A stretch of DNA of 64,000 bases from an uncultured delta proteobacterium (lineage in GTDB: Bacteria; Desulfobacterota; Binatia; DP-6): contig CAWFFN010000007.1 in NCBI GenBank assembly GCA_963815115.1, forward strand, positions 704,001 through 768,000, in the 5' to 3' direction. The translations under genes and the position numbers were made by a program. How positions within the stretch are numbered: position 1 is the stretch's first letter; each line of letters starts with the position of its first letter. The notes below the pieces were generated by a model. The model had not been told where the DNA came from. It made no database searches and worked only from the letters and a program-made list of their open reading frames with translations. Shown here piece after piece: positions 18,118 to 27,793 of this stretch.

Positions 18118-19062
18118 ATGATTGCGGGCGCGTTGCTCGCGGCTGCGGCCGCGTGCGCCGCCCCGGGTGCGCACGCTGCGGAGCCGGAGGCCGCGGTCCA
18201 GCCGCTGCACCTGCCGGAGCGCCCGCGGGTCATCGTCTTCGCACCCCACCCGGACGACGAGACCATCGCGGCCGGAGGCCTGATCCACCAGCTCACGCAC
18301 GCCCGGGCCGACGTGCACGTGGTCTTCATCACCAACGGCGACGGCTATCCCGATGCCGTCCGCAAGGAGCTCCGCATTCCGAGCCCCACGGGGGCCGACT
18401 ACGTCGCCTTCGGGCGGCGGCGGCAGCACGAGGCGCTGGAGGCCACCCACCGCCTCGGAGTGCATCGCAGCGCCGTCCATTTCCTCGGCTTCCCCGACGG
18501 CGGCCTCGACCAGCTCTGGCAGGCGCACTGGTCGCGCGCCAGCCCCTACATCTCGCCCTACACGGACGAGGACAGCCCGCCCTACTCGGACGCGTTCGAC
18601 CCCGATCTCGACTACGACGGCCAGGATCTCACGGCCGCCATCATGCGCCTGCTGCGCGACGTGCGACCGACCGTGATCATCATGCCGCATCCCGAGGACG
18701 TGCATCACGACCACGCGGCGACCGCGTACTTCGTCACGGAGGCGGCCGACCGCCTCCGCACCCACAACGTCATCCCGCACGACGTCGAGATCCTGGCGTA
18801 TCTGGTCCACGATCCGCTCTGGCCGCCGACCAGGGCGGAGACGCCGACGCTGCCGCCGCCGGCGGCGAACCGGTTCACCGACACCCGCTGGTTCGAGCTG
18901 CCCCTCACGACCGAGCAGCAGGGAGTGAAGGCCGCGGCGCTGCGCGCGTACACGAGCCAGCTCGACATCATGCCCGACCTGCTGATGCGCTTCCTGCGCC
19001 CGAACGAGCTCTTCGGGCAGGTCGAGCCGGCCGTCCTGGCGCGGATCGCGTCGCGGCACTGA
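18118..19062 (+). CDS. PIG-L family deacetylase with probable signal peptide
   Basis: APHPDDE, TNGDG, LGFPDG, HHDH, YTSQL; Ala-rich N-terminus ending AHA. Confidence 0.88.
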   Translation: MIAGALLAAAAACAAPGAHAAEPEAAVQPLHLPERPRVIVFAPHPDDETIAAGGLIHQLTHARADVHVVFITNGDGYPDAVRKELRIPSPTGADYVAFGRRRQHEALEATHRLGVHRSAVHFLGFPDGGLDQLWQAHWSRASPYISPYTDEDSPPYSDAFDPDLDYDGQDLTAAIMRLLRDVRPTVIIMPHPEDVHHDHAATAYFVTEAADRLRTHNVIPHDVEILAYLVHDPLWPPTRAETPTLPPPAANRFTDTRWFELPLTTEQQGVKAAALRAYTSQLDIMPDLLMRFLRPNELFGQVEPAVLARIASRH

Positions 19063-19066
19063 GGCC

Positions 19067-19936
19067 ATGATCTCGGTCGTCGTCCCGAGCTTCAACGCCG
19101 GACCCTGGATCGCCGCCAGCCTGGACAGCATCCTCGGCCAGACCCTGCCGCCCGGCGAGGTGGTGGTGGTCGACGACGGCTCGACCGACGACACCCCCCG
19201 CATCCTGGCGGCTTACGGCGATCGCATCCGCATGGTGCGCGCGGCCCATGGCGGCCTCGCGGCGGCACGCAACCTCGGCCTCGCGGTCGCCACCGGCGAC
19301 TGGATCGCCTTCCAGGACGCGGACGACGTCGCGCGGCCCGACCGCCTCGCCCTCCTGCAGGAATATCTGGACGGGACTCCCGCGAGCGACGGCGTGTTCG
19401 CCGATGGCGCACGCCTCGACGATGGCGAGCACCTCGTCCCCCGCGCGCGCGCGGCCGGCATCGCCGGGCGGCACCTGACCGCCGCCGATCTCTTCGCCGG
19501 GTTTCCCGCCTACTACCAGTCGGCGCTGGTCGCGCGCGACGCGCTCGCCGCCGCCGGACCGTTCGACCCGAGCTACCGCATCCACCCCGACCACGATCAC
19601 GCCTTCCGGCTCTTCGCCCGGGCGCGGGTCGGCTACCTCGATCGTGTCGTCTTCGGCTACCGCCGTCACGGCGACAGCATCACGGCCGATCACCTCGGCG
19701 CGCGCCGCGAGCTGGTGCACACGCTCGAGCGCCTGCTGCGCGAAGACACCGCCGCCGTCGAGACCATCGGCCGGCGCCGGCTGGAGGGCGCCCTCGCCCG
19801 CCACCACGCCCGCATCGGCCGCACGTTGCTACGGCGGGGCGAGCCCGACGGCGCCCGCGAGGCCCTGGATCGGGCGCTGTGCCTTCGCCCGCTCCACCCG
19901 GGCCACCGCTGGCGGCGCTGGCGAGCCGGGCACTAG
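19067..19936 (+). CDS. Glycosyltransferase family 2
   Basis: ISVVVPSFN, VDDGSTD, ARNLG, FQDADD. Confidence 0.9.
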   Translation: MISVVVPSFNAGPWIAASLDSILGQTLPPGEVVVVDDGSTDDTPRILAAYGDRIRMVRAAHGGLAAARNLGLAVATGDWIAFQDADDVARPDRLALLQEYLDGTPASDGVFADGARLDDGEHLVPRARAAGIAGRHLTAADLFAGFPAYYQSALVARDALAAAGPFDPSYRIHPDHDHAFRLFARARVGYLDRVVFGYRRHGDSITADHLGARRELVHTLERLLREDTAAVETIGRRRLEGALARHHARIGRTLLRRGEPDGAREALDRALCLRPLHPGHRWRRWRAGH

Positions 19937-19940
19937 AGAG

Positions 19941-20041
19941 CGACCCGAGACTCCGTCTCGGGTCGGGACGGAAGCCGAGCGTGGGGCTCGACGAGATGTG
20001 CCGAACGTCCTGCCGCGGGCGGCCCAGCCGCCGCGGCAAAC
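19941..20041 (+). repeat. Two-hairpin repeat, copy 2
   Basis: Hairpin 1 identical to copy 1 (19941-19965); hairpin 2 TGCCGCGGGCGGC-CCA-GCCGCCGCGGCAAAC. Confidence 0.8.
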
Positions 20042-20104
20042 ATGCCGGAGAACAGACCCTACGGGCTGCGCCAGGCGGGGTCAGCAGGACGCGGGGCGTG
20101 TCAA

Positions 20105-20204
20105 GTTTGCCGCGCCGGCTCTGCCGGCCGCGGCACGGCGTCCGCCGTCACCACCGGCCGCCCACACTAGGTCCCCTCTCGGCCCGAGACGAAGTCTCGG
20201 GTCG
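20105..20204 (-). repeat. Two-hairpin repeat, copy 3 (inverted relative to copy 2)
   Basis: Reverse complement reads CGACCCGAGAC-TTC-GTCTCGGGCCG ... GCGGACGCCGTGCCGCGGCCGGC-AGA-GCCGGCGCGGCAAAC. Confidence 0.85.
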
Positions 20205-20970
20205 ACGCCAGGAACTCGTCGAGCAGCCGATTGAAGGTCGCCGCGCGCTCGAAGTAGACCGAGTGGCCCGCCGCCGGAACCCGTGCCAGGCGCGCCCCGG
20301 GAATCCGGGACGCGAGCACGGCGACGGACCCCGGAGGGATGACCGCGTCCTCGTCGCCGACCACGCACAGGACCGGCATCGCGAGAGCGGCGAGCGCCGA
20401 CGGCGCAGCCGTGCGCAGGGCGATGAGCTGGCTCAGCAGGATCGCCCGGTCGAGGTCGCCGTTCAGAGCGCCGATGTGGTGGTAGAGGTAGCGCAGCGCC
20501 GGCTGCTCCCGCTCCATGCGGGAGCCGACCGCCGGATCGAGGCCGGCCGCGATCAGATCGGCCACCCGGTGGCCGACCAGGAGCGCGTCGATCTCGGGGT
20601 CGGCCAGCGAGCCGAAGGTCGACGCCATGACGAGCGCCCGGACCCGTGACGGCGCTTGCAGCGCGTAGCCGAGACAGGTCCAGCCGCCCATCGACTGTGC
20701 CACGAGGCACACCTCGCCGAGCCCGAGGTGGTCGATGAGGGCCGCCAGATCCTCGACGAAGGCCGCCGCTCCCGGGCCTGCGCGCTCGTCGCGCGACTGT
20801 CCGAAGCCCCGGTGCGAGAAGGTGACGCAGGTGTAGCACGGCGCGAAGTGGGGCACCTGCTGCCACCATGAGAGGTAGTTGCCTCCCATGCCGTGGGCGA
20901 AGACGAGCGCGGGGCCCGCGCCGGTCACCTCGTAGTGCAGGTCGCAGCCAGGTCGTCGGAGGAAGGGCAT
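20167..20970 (-). CDS. Alpha/beta hydrolase
   Basis: HGMGG, HRGFGQS, AQSMGG, GDED, AGHS; start MPFLRR. Confidence 0.9.
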   Translation of the reverse strand: MPFLRRPGCDLHYEVTGAGPALVFAHGMGGNYLSWWQQVPHFAPCYTCVTFSHRGFGQSRDERAGPGAAAFVEDLAALIDHLGLGEVCLVAQSMGGWTCLGYALQAPSRVRALVMASTFGSLADPEIDALLVGHRVADLIAAGLDPAVGSRMEREQPALRYLYHHIGALNGDLDRAILLSQLIALRTAAPSALAALAMPVLCVVGDEDAVIPPGSVAVLASRIPGARLARVPAAGHSVYFERAATFNRLLDEFLASTRDFVSGREGT

Positions 20971-21202
20971 GGCGCGCCATACCACGGCCGACTCCGGCGG
21001 TCGCGTCGATGTCGCAAAGCGCAAGTCGTCCGGGACGCCACCCAATTTTCCTGGGCATGCTGTGATGAAAGGAATACGATCCGCTCCGTCGTCGGCTCCG
21101 TCGACGGCATACGCGAGCGCTCCGGCAGATCGTGAGCACGCAAGCGGTCCCGCAGATCGAGCGGTGAGGTCACTCAACGTTCAACCGCTGGAGGGTATCG
21201 CG

Positions 21203-22465
21203 ATGCGTACGACGATCGTGAGGAGGATGGTGGCGCTCGGCGCCACCGGTCTGCTGTCCTCGGCGCTCTTGCCCGGGCAAGCGCGCGCCGTGGACACCTG
21301 CAACGGCTTCATCAACATCGACTACGTCGGCAATCCGCCGGTGACCAACATCGGCGAGACGGTCGATCTGAACGTCAGCTTCGGCACGGGCAGCATCACG
21401 GGCGGCACCAAGCTCACCATCAACAGCTTCCAGGCCGACCTCGACTGCAACTCCAACTTCCCCCTGACGCCGCCATGCACCGACGAGGGAGCGATCGTCG
21501 AGTACGAGGGAGACGGCTTCCTCTCGACCACCTGTCCCGTGACCTTCACCAGCAACGTCCCCGGCGGCGGCGCCGCGATGAACCAGGTCATCTTCACCGC
21601 CAGCCCGGACCTCGACATCCCCGCCATGGTCCCCACCCTGCCCGGCTTCTGCTCGGTCCGGTTCCGGGTGAAGGTGCTGGGATCGAGCATCGACAGTACG
21701 CCCGACAAGATCGAGCAGCTGGTCGGCTACAACATCGCCACGTGCGACAACGGCGTCCTCCTGTCGGGCGGATTCCAGACGTCCGCCATCAGCACGCCGC
21801 CACCGTTGCACTTCAACTGCTACGAGATCGCGCGCGGCAAGCTGGCGCCGGTCACCGGCGTCACGGTCGAGGACCGCTTCGGCTCCGCCACCGTCACGGT
21901 GACCGAGGCCAAGCGCCTGTGTGCGCCGACCGACAAGAACGGCGAGAGCCCGGGGGCCGACCAGGCGCCCGACCACATCGTCTCCTACGCCATCACCTCG
22001 ACGTCGGGCCCCAAGAAGACCAGGGCGAACGTCACGACCCAGTTCGGGACGCTCAGCGCCGACGTCGGGGCGCCCGTCTTCCTCTTCGTGCCGTCCTCCA
22101 AGAGCCTGACGCCGCAGCCGCTGCCGCCCCTGATGGGCTCTCTCGTGCCGCACTTCCAGTGCTACAAGCTGAGCAACGTGAGCGGCGAGAAGCCATCGGT
22201 CGCCGTGAGCCTCCTCGATCAGTTCGGCAGCCTGAACCCGAGCCTCGACAAGCGCGGGCCGTTCCGCCTGTGCGTGCCGGTGAACAAGAAGGGCGAGGAC
22301 CCGGCGGCGCCGGCGAGTCCCAACGTGCTCCTCTGCTACACGACGAGGAACGACCGGCTGCCGTTCGCCGACAAGACCGTCGTCGTCAACAACCAGTTCG
22401 GGCCCATGTCCGTGAAGCTCACGCAGTACGACGAGTTCTGCGTGCCGGGCACGATCGCGCCCTGA
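21203..22465 (+). CDS. Secreted Cys-rich protein with tandem HFxCY...QFG...LCxP repeats
   Basis: Signal peptide ending ARA; two C-terminal repeat units; GGAGG RBS. Confidence 0.85.
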   Translation: MRTTIVRRMVALGATGLLSSALLPGQARAVDTCNGFINIDYVGNPPVTNIGETVDLNVSFGTGSITGGTKLTINSFQADLDCNSNFPLTPPCTDEGAIVEYEGDGFLSTTCPVTFTSNVPGGGAAMNQVIFTASPDLDIPAMVPTLPGFCSVRFRVKVLGSSIDSTPDKIEQLVGYNIATCDNGVLLSGGFQTSAISTPPPLHFNCYEIARGKLAPVTGVTVEDRFGSATVTVTEAKRLCAPTDKNGESPGADQAPDHIVSYAITSTSGPKKTRANVTTQFGTLSADVGAPVFLFVPSSKSLTPQPLPPLMGSLVPHFQCYKLSNVSGEKPSVAVSLLDQFGSLNPSLDKRGPFRLCVPVNKKGEDPAAPASPNVLLCYTTRNDRLPFADKTVVVNNQFGPMSVKLTQYDEFCVPGTIAP

Positions 22466-22472
22466 CCTGGCG

Positions 22473-22503
22473 GCGGGCGGCGGAGCCGGACTCCGCCGCC
22501 CGC
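22473..22503. terminator. 13-bp GC hairpin between convergent genes (no U-tract)
   Basis: GCGGGCGGCGGAG-CCGGA-CTCCGCCGCCCGC. Confidence 0.5.
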
Positions 22504-23663
22504 TACAATCCGGCTGCCGCGAGGAGTGCTGCCAGCACCCGGTCCGCGGCGAAGTACTCCCGCGCCACGGCGGTTGCGTGGGCGCTCGCCCGGCCGTAGT
22601 CCGACTCGATCGCCCGGATCGCGGCCGCCGCCTCCTCCACGGTGCGGAAGGCATGCAGCCCGGGGCCGAGCGGCAGGACGTCGCCGAAGCCGGTGTCCTG
22701 CTCGACCACGGGGCGACCCGCGGCGAGGTAGCAGGCCGCGCGGTCGCTGAACCAGCCGCTGCGCAGGCGCACGTTCATGTCCTTGGCCACCGTGAACTCC
22801 CCGCGCGAGGCGCGCAGGTACTCCCGGTAGCGGAACGGGTCGGCCGAGACGGCGCGCGGGTCGGTGACCGCCCAGCCGTGCGCCGCGAGCACCGCCACGT
22901 CGCCGGGCACGCTCTCGACGTCCATCGCGACCTCGAACGCCTGGCCCGTACGCGCCGGCAGGTCGAGGCAGCGCAGCCACTCGGTACGCTTGCGCCAGCG
23001 GTAGGTCTCGCCCTGGTAGGTGAGGTCCCGCGTGCCTTCGTTCCAGCGCCCGACCGTGGTGTACGCCCGCCCCGGCCCGGCGGCGCCCGCCCAGTGCTCG
23101 ATCGCCACCGGCGCACGCGTCGCGTGCCAGGCGTAGCCCCCGGTCGGGATCGGTGACCGCGCCGTCCCGATGTTCTCGCCGACGGTGCAGTGGGTGTCGT
23201 GCTCGTCGAGGATGGCACGCAGGAGGACGTCGCCGGCGGCGGCCTTCACCTGCGTGAACGCCGGGTCGATGTCGACGAACACGGCTGGCCGGCCGCCGCG
23301 GCGCTCCGGCGGGATGCGGTTGATCCCCGCCACGTTCACCAGGAGATCGGCCTCGCGCAGCAGCGCCGCCGCGCGTCCCGCCCCGGGTCCGTGCTCCACG
23401 CCACGCTCGACATCGGCGAACACCCAGCGCTCGCCCAGACCGAGATGGCCGAGAAACGCGCCGGCCGCCCGGACGCCGTGGGCGTAGTCGGGCCCGAACG
23501 TGTTGGCGACGGGGTCGTACGCCAGGGCGTAGTGCCCGCTGTCCTCGTAGAACCACGCTTCGTGCCCGAGCGCGCGCAGCCCGGCGAGGTAGTGCGCCAC
23601 CTGCCAGGCGTAGCCGCCGAGCGGGTTGCGGATCAGGTATCCTGCGACGACGACGCGGGCCAC
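22503..23663 (-). CDS. GT-B-like putative glycosyltransferase, paralog 3
   Basis: PLGGYAW..YEDSG..YDP; SRGEFTVAK..RSGWFSDR..CYLAAGRPVV.QDTGF. Confidence 0.8.
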   Translation of the reverse strand: MARVVVAGYLIRNPLGGYAWQVAHYLAGLRALGHEAWFYEDSGHYALAYDPVANTFGPDYAHGVRAAGAFLGHLGLGERWVFADVERGVEHGPGAGRAAALLREADLLVNVAGINRIPPERRGGRPAVFVDIDPAFTQVKAAAGDVLLRAILDEHDTHCTVGENIGTARSPIPTGGYAWHATRAPVAIEHWAGAAGPGRAYTTVGRWNEGTRDLTYQGETYRWRKRTEWLRCLDLPARTGQAFEVAMDVESVPGDVAVLAAHGWAVTDPRAVSADPFRYREYLRASRGEFTVAKDMNVRLRSGWFSDRAACYLAAGRPVVEQDTGFGDVLPLGPGLHAFRTVEEAAAAIRAIESDYGRASAHATAVAREYFAADRVLAALLAAAGL

Positions 23664-23664
23664 G

Positions 23665-24831
23665 TCACACCCTGGCGTCGGCGAGCAGGCGCGCGCACAC
23701 ATCCTCGGCGCGGAAGCACCGCTCGGCGACCTCGCGCGCGTGCACGCAGGCGCCGGCGTAGTCCGCCCGCACCGCCGCCAGCGCGGCCACCGCCTCCTCG
23801 CCGGTGGTGAACGCGTGCAATCCCGGCCCCGCCGGGAGGTGGGCGGAGAAGCCGGTGTCCTGGAGCACCGCCGGCCGCCCGCACGCCAGGTACATGGCGC
23901 TGCGCGTGCTGAACCAGCCGCTGCGCGTGGCGACGTAGGCGTTCTTCGCCACCGACAGCTCGCCGCGGGATCCCTGCAGGTAGCGCCGGTAGTCGTCCAG
24001 GGTCGCCGAGACGAGGCGCGCGTCGACGATCTCCCAGCCCGCGGCGGCGAGCCGCTCGCGGGGGGCCGCGCCGGAGATCGCCGCCTCGAGGCGCTCCGGC
24101 GTGCGGCGCGGCAGATCGAGGAAGCGCTCGAACTCGACGTCCTTGCCGCCGTAGATCTGTCCTCCGACGTCCGGGGGGGTCGGGTTGATGCTCCAGGAGA
24201 GCACGGTCGTGAAACGCTCCGCGGGTCCGGCAATGACCGGCCAGTTGGCCAGAACCACGGGCTGTCGGGTCGGGAGCCAGCTGAGTCCGGCGGTCGGCAC
24301 CAGGCAGTCCGGCTGGCCGACGTGCTCGCCGAGCGTGAAGAAGATGTCGTGCCGGCGGATCAGCGCGGCCGATTCGCGCACCGACTCGTCCGCCACGCCA
24401 CCATCGGCGGCGGTGAGCTTCGCCTGGCTGTAGCAGGGATCCGTGTCGACGTAGGCGGCGACCCGGGCCCGACGATAGGCGTCGCGCAGCCAGCACGAGC
24501 CGGAGACGTTCAGGAAGAGGTCCGCCCCGGCGCAGGCGGCGTGGACCGCGTCCTCGTCCATGCCGAGGAACCTGCCGTCGGGCGCGCGCACCGCCCAGCG
24601 CTGCCCGGCGCCGGGCATGAGCCGGGCAAGCGCTCCGGCAACGTACGCGGCGCCCGTACGCGGGTCGGGCGTGAACGTCGCGCCGGCGGGATCGTAGAAC
24701 CACTGGCCGGTGTCCTCGAGATAGAGGACGTCGCAGCCGAGCGCAGCGAAGCCCTGGACGTACTGCAGGTAGTCCCACGCCACCCCCCCGACGGGATAGG
24801 TCGCGGCCAGCCCGGTGACGACGACCCGCAC
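23665..24831 (-). CDS. GT-B-like putative glycosyltransferase, paralog 2
   Basis: YPVGGVAW..YLEDTG; SRGELSVAK..RSGWFSTRS..YLACGRP..QDTGF. Confidence 0.8.
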   Translation of the reverse strand: MRVVVTGLAATYPVGGVAWDYLQYVQGFAALGCDVLYLEDTGQWFYDPAGATFTPDPRTGAAYVAGALARLMPGAGQRWAVRAPDGRFLGMDEDAVHAACAGADLFLNVSGSCWLRDAYRRARVAAYVDTDPCYSQAKLTAADGGVADESVRESAALIRRHDIFFTLGEHVGQPDCLVPTAGLSWLPTRQPVVLANWPVIAGPAERFTTVLSWSINPTPPDVGGQIYGGKDVEFERFLDLPRRTPERLEAAISGAAPRERLAAAGWEIVDARLVSATLDDYRRYLQGSRGELSVAKNAYVATRSGWFSTRSAMYLACGRPAVLQDTGFSAHLPAGPGLHAFTTGEEAVAALAAVRADYAGACVHAREVAERCFRAEDVCARLLADARV

Positions 24832-24839
24832 GGGTCCCG

Positions 24840-26009
24840 TCAGGCGAGGCCGGCGTCGGCGAGGAAGCGGCGCAGGACCGGGCCGGCGCCGAACGCCTCG
24901 GCCGCGATGCGACGCGCGGCCGCGCTGTGCGTCGCGTAGTCGGCGTTGATGCGAGCGAGGGCGTCGACCGCCTCGTCCATGGTGGAGAAGGCGAAGAGCC
25001 CCTCGCCGGTCGGGACGAACTTGTCGAACGCGGTGTCCTGCGTGACCACCGGCCTGCCGGCCGCGAGGTAGCAGACGCTGCGGTCGCTGAACCAGCCGCT
25101 CCGCGGCCGTACGTAGATGTCCTTGGCCACCGTGAACTCGCCGCGCGACTGCTGGATGAACGTCCGGTAGCCGTCGAGGTCGCGCGACGTCGGTCCGGGG
25201 TCGACGAGCTGCCAGCCGGCCGCGAGCACGCGCGCCTCGGTCTCGGCGCTCTCCGGCTTCATGGCCAGCCGGAAGGGCTGCGGCGTGTGGCGCGGCAGGT
25301 CCAGGAAGCGGAGGAAGTTGGTGTGCTTGGACCACTGATAGGTCTCGCCCTGCCAGGTGATGTCCTTCCCCTTGTTGGAGAACGAGGCCACGGTGGTGAA
25401 GAACTGCGCCGCAGCGCCCCCCTCGGGCTTCCAGCACTCCACCACCACGGGCGGTCTCGTCTTCTTCCAGTCGTAGCTCCCGAGCGGCACCGGACAGTCG
25501 GGGTTGCCGATGTTCTCGCCATAGGTGAAGAGCACGTCGTGGGCGGCGAGGAAGCCGAGCGACGATCGCTCGCCCAGCGCGATGCGGAGCTGCTCGTAGA
25601 CCGGATCGGTCTCGACGTAGATCAGGCGCGCGCCCTGCCGGTGCTCGTCGCGCGGCGCCGTCGCGCCGCACAGGTTCACGATCGCGGCCGCGTCGCCGTA
25701 GAGCTCGTCGAGCCGGGCCCGCGTGAGGCCGTGGGTCTCGTTCCGCATCATGTCGAGATAGACCCAGCGGTCGCCGAGCCCTACCCGCTGCATGACGGCG
25801 GACACGTACGACACCGCGTAGCCGCACTCGCCGGTCACGCCGCCGGCCCGCGGATCGTAGGGCGGCGCTCCCGAATCCTCGACGTAGAAGACGTCCCACC
25901 CGAGCGCCTTGAAGCCGAGGAGATAGTGCACCGCCTGCCACGCCACCCCGGCCATCGGATACTGCCCGACGATGCCGAGCACCAGGAGCACGTCACGACG
26001 AGGCGGCAC
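24840..26009 (-). CDS. GT-B-like putative glycosyltransferase, paralog 1
   Basis: YPMAGVAW..YVEDSG; SRGEFTVAK..RSGWFSDRSVCYLAAGRP..QDT. Confidence 0.8.
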   Translation of the reverse strand: MPPRRDVLLVLGIVGQYPMAGVAWQAVHYLLGFKALGWDVFYVEDSGAPPYDPRAGGVTGECGYAVSYVSAVMQRVGLGDRWVYLDMMRNETHGLTRARLDELYGDAAAIVNLCGATAPRDEHRQGARLIYVETDPVYEQLRIALGERSSLGFLAAHDVLFTYGENIGNPDCPVPLGSYDWKKTRPPVVVECWKPEGGAAAQFFTTVASFSNKGKDITWQGETYQWSKHTNFLRFLDLPRHTPQPFRLAMKPESAETEARVLAAGWQLVDPGPTSRDLDGYRTFIQQSRGEFTVAKDIYVRPRSGWFSDRSVCYLAAGRPVVTQDTAFDKFVPTGEGLFAFSTMDEAVDALARINADYATHSAAARRIAAEAFGAGPVLRRFLADAGLA

Positions 26010-27783
26010 GGTCGCCCTCCAATCCGAACTGGCTCCGGTGCAGCCGGGCGAACAGCCCGCCGCGCGCGACCAGCTCGCGGAACGCCCCCTGCTCGGCGAT
26101 GCGGCCGTTCTCGAGCACGAGGATGACGTCCGCGCGCCGCACCGTCGAGAGCCGGTGCGCGATGACGAACGTGGTCCGGCCCTCCATCAGGCGCTCGAGA
26201 CCCTGCATGACGCGCGCCTCGGTCTCGGCGTCGAGGGCCGCGGTCGGCTCGTCCAGGATGAGCAGCGGCGCGTCGCGCAGGATCGCGCGCGCGATCGTGA
26301 TGCGGAGCTGCTCCCCGCCCGACAGCGTCGCCCCCGACTCGCCGACGATGGTGTCCAGACCCGCGGGCAGGCGGGAAAGGAAGTCGTCGAGCTGCGCCAG
26401 CCGCACGGCGTCGGCGATCTGCGCCGCCGTCGCGTCGGGCCTGCCGTAGGCGACGTTCTCGCGCACGCTGGTCGGAAAGACCAGGGGCTGCTGCAGCACC
26501 ATCGCCACCTGCTGCCGGAGCCCGCGGAGCTGGAAGTCCCGCACGTCGATGCCGTCCAGGAGCACGCGCCCGGCCGTCGGATCGTAGAAGCGCGGGATCA
26601 GGCTCACCAGCGTCGTCTTGCCGGCCCCCGTGGCGCCGACGAGGGCGATCAGGTCGCCGGCCCGGGCGTGGAAGCTCACTCCCTTCAGCACCCTGCGGCT
26701 CTCGTCGTAGCCGAAGTGTACGTCCTCGAAGGTGACGGCGCCGTGCACCTCCCCGCGCGCGAGCGAGCGAGGGCCGTCCGGGAGGTCGGGTTGCGTCTCG
26801 AGGATCTCGAATACCCGCTCCGCGCCGACCTTCGCCCCCTGGATGAGCCCCCAGGTCTGCGTCAAGCTGTTGATCGGCGCGTAGAGCGACGCCAGGTAGG
26901 TGGTGAAGACGAGCACGTCGCCCACGGTGAGCGTGCCGTCGAGCACGTGGCTCGCACCCAGCCAGAGCACCACCGCCGTGCCGACCGCGATCAGCACGTT
27001 GACGAAAGCGGAGTACACCGACTGAAAGGTGTAGAGCCGGAGGTTCGCCGCCAGGCTCGCGCTGCTCCGCTCGACGAAGCGGCCATGCTCCTCCTCCTCG
27101 GTGGTGAACGCCTGGATCACCCGGATGGCGCCCATCGTGCGCTGCGCCATCGACCAGAACGCGCTCTCCTTCATCCGGGCGTCGGTCGAGAGCGCGGTGA
27201 TGCGCGAGGAGAGCCGGGTGATGGCGAGAAAGAGGAACGGCACCTCGACCAGCGCCGCAAGGGTGAGCAGCGGGTCGATCCGGACCATCACCACCACCAT
27301 GCCACCGAGCAGCACCATCGACGTGAGGATGGGAAAGAACCCGTTCATGGTGAGGGTCTGGATGGCGAAGGTGTCGGAGGTGAGGCGATAGAGCAGATCG
27401 CCGACCTCCCGGCGGCTGTGGAAGGCGAGCGACAGCCGGGCGAGATGCGCGTACAGCTCGCTGCGGAAGTCGTTGACCATCCGCTGCCCGACGCTGATGC
27501 TGGCGTAGTTGCTGCTCACGCTGAGGGCGCCGAGCAGCGCATAGACGCCGACCAGCGCTCCGCAGGCGACGAGGAGAAGCTCGCGCGGTGACAGGCTCCC
27601 CAGCGCGGGCACCCCGATGGGGCGATGGCCGAGCACGTTGTCGACGACGACCTTGAGCGGCCAGGGCTTGGCGAGCTCGAGCACGCCGATGAGGAGCACC
27701 TGCAGCACGGCGACCGTGAACGCGAGGCGGTACGGTTGCAGGCGGCGCAGGACCTTCCCGACCACGCGGAACGTGCTGCTCAA
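25993..27783 (-). CDS. ABC exporter, fused permease/ATPase (MsbA-like)
   Basis: Hydrophobic N-half, [26 protein letters not shown]; probable TTG start. Confidence 0.93.
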   Translation of the reverse strand: MSSTFRVVGKVLRRLQPYRLAFTVAVLQVLLIGVLELAKPWPLKVVVDNVLGHRPIGVPALGSLSPRELLLVACGALVGVYALLGALSVSSNYASISVGQRMVNDFRSELYAHLARLSLAFHSRREVGDLLYRLTSDTFAIQTLTMNGFFPILTSMVLLGGMVVVMVRIDPLLTLAALVEVPFLFLAITRLSSRITALSTDARMKESAFWSMAQRTMGAIRVIQAFTTEEEEHGRFVERSSASLAANLRLYTFQSVYSAFVNVLIAVGTAVVLWLGASHVLDGTLTVGDVLVFTTYLASLYAPINSLTQTWGLIQGAKVGAERVFEILETQPDLPDGPRSLARGEVHGAVTFEDVHFGYDESRRVLKGVSFHARAGDLIALVGATGAGKTTLVSLIPRFYDPTAGRVLLDGIDVRDFQLRGLRQQVAMVLQQPLVFPTSVRENVAYGRPDATAAQIADAVRLAQLDDFLSRLPAGLDTIVGESGATLSGGEQLRITIARAILRDAPLLILDEPTAALDAETEARVMQGLERLMEGRTTFVIAHRLSTVRRADVILVLENGRIAEQGAFRELVARGGLFARLHRSQFGLEGDRAASS

Positions 27784-27793
27784 GCCCGTTCCC

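Noticed and set aside
564-20204. Hairpin repeats as a CRISPR array
   Set aside because: Copies are dispersed or inverted, there is no repeat-spacer periodicity, and no cas genes are present.
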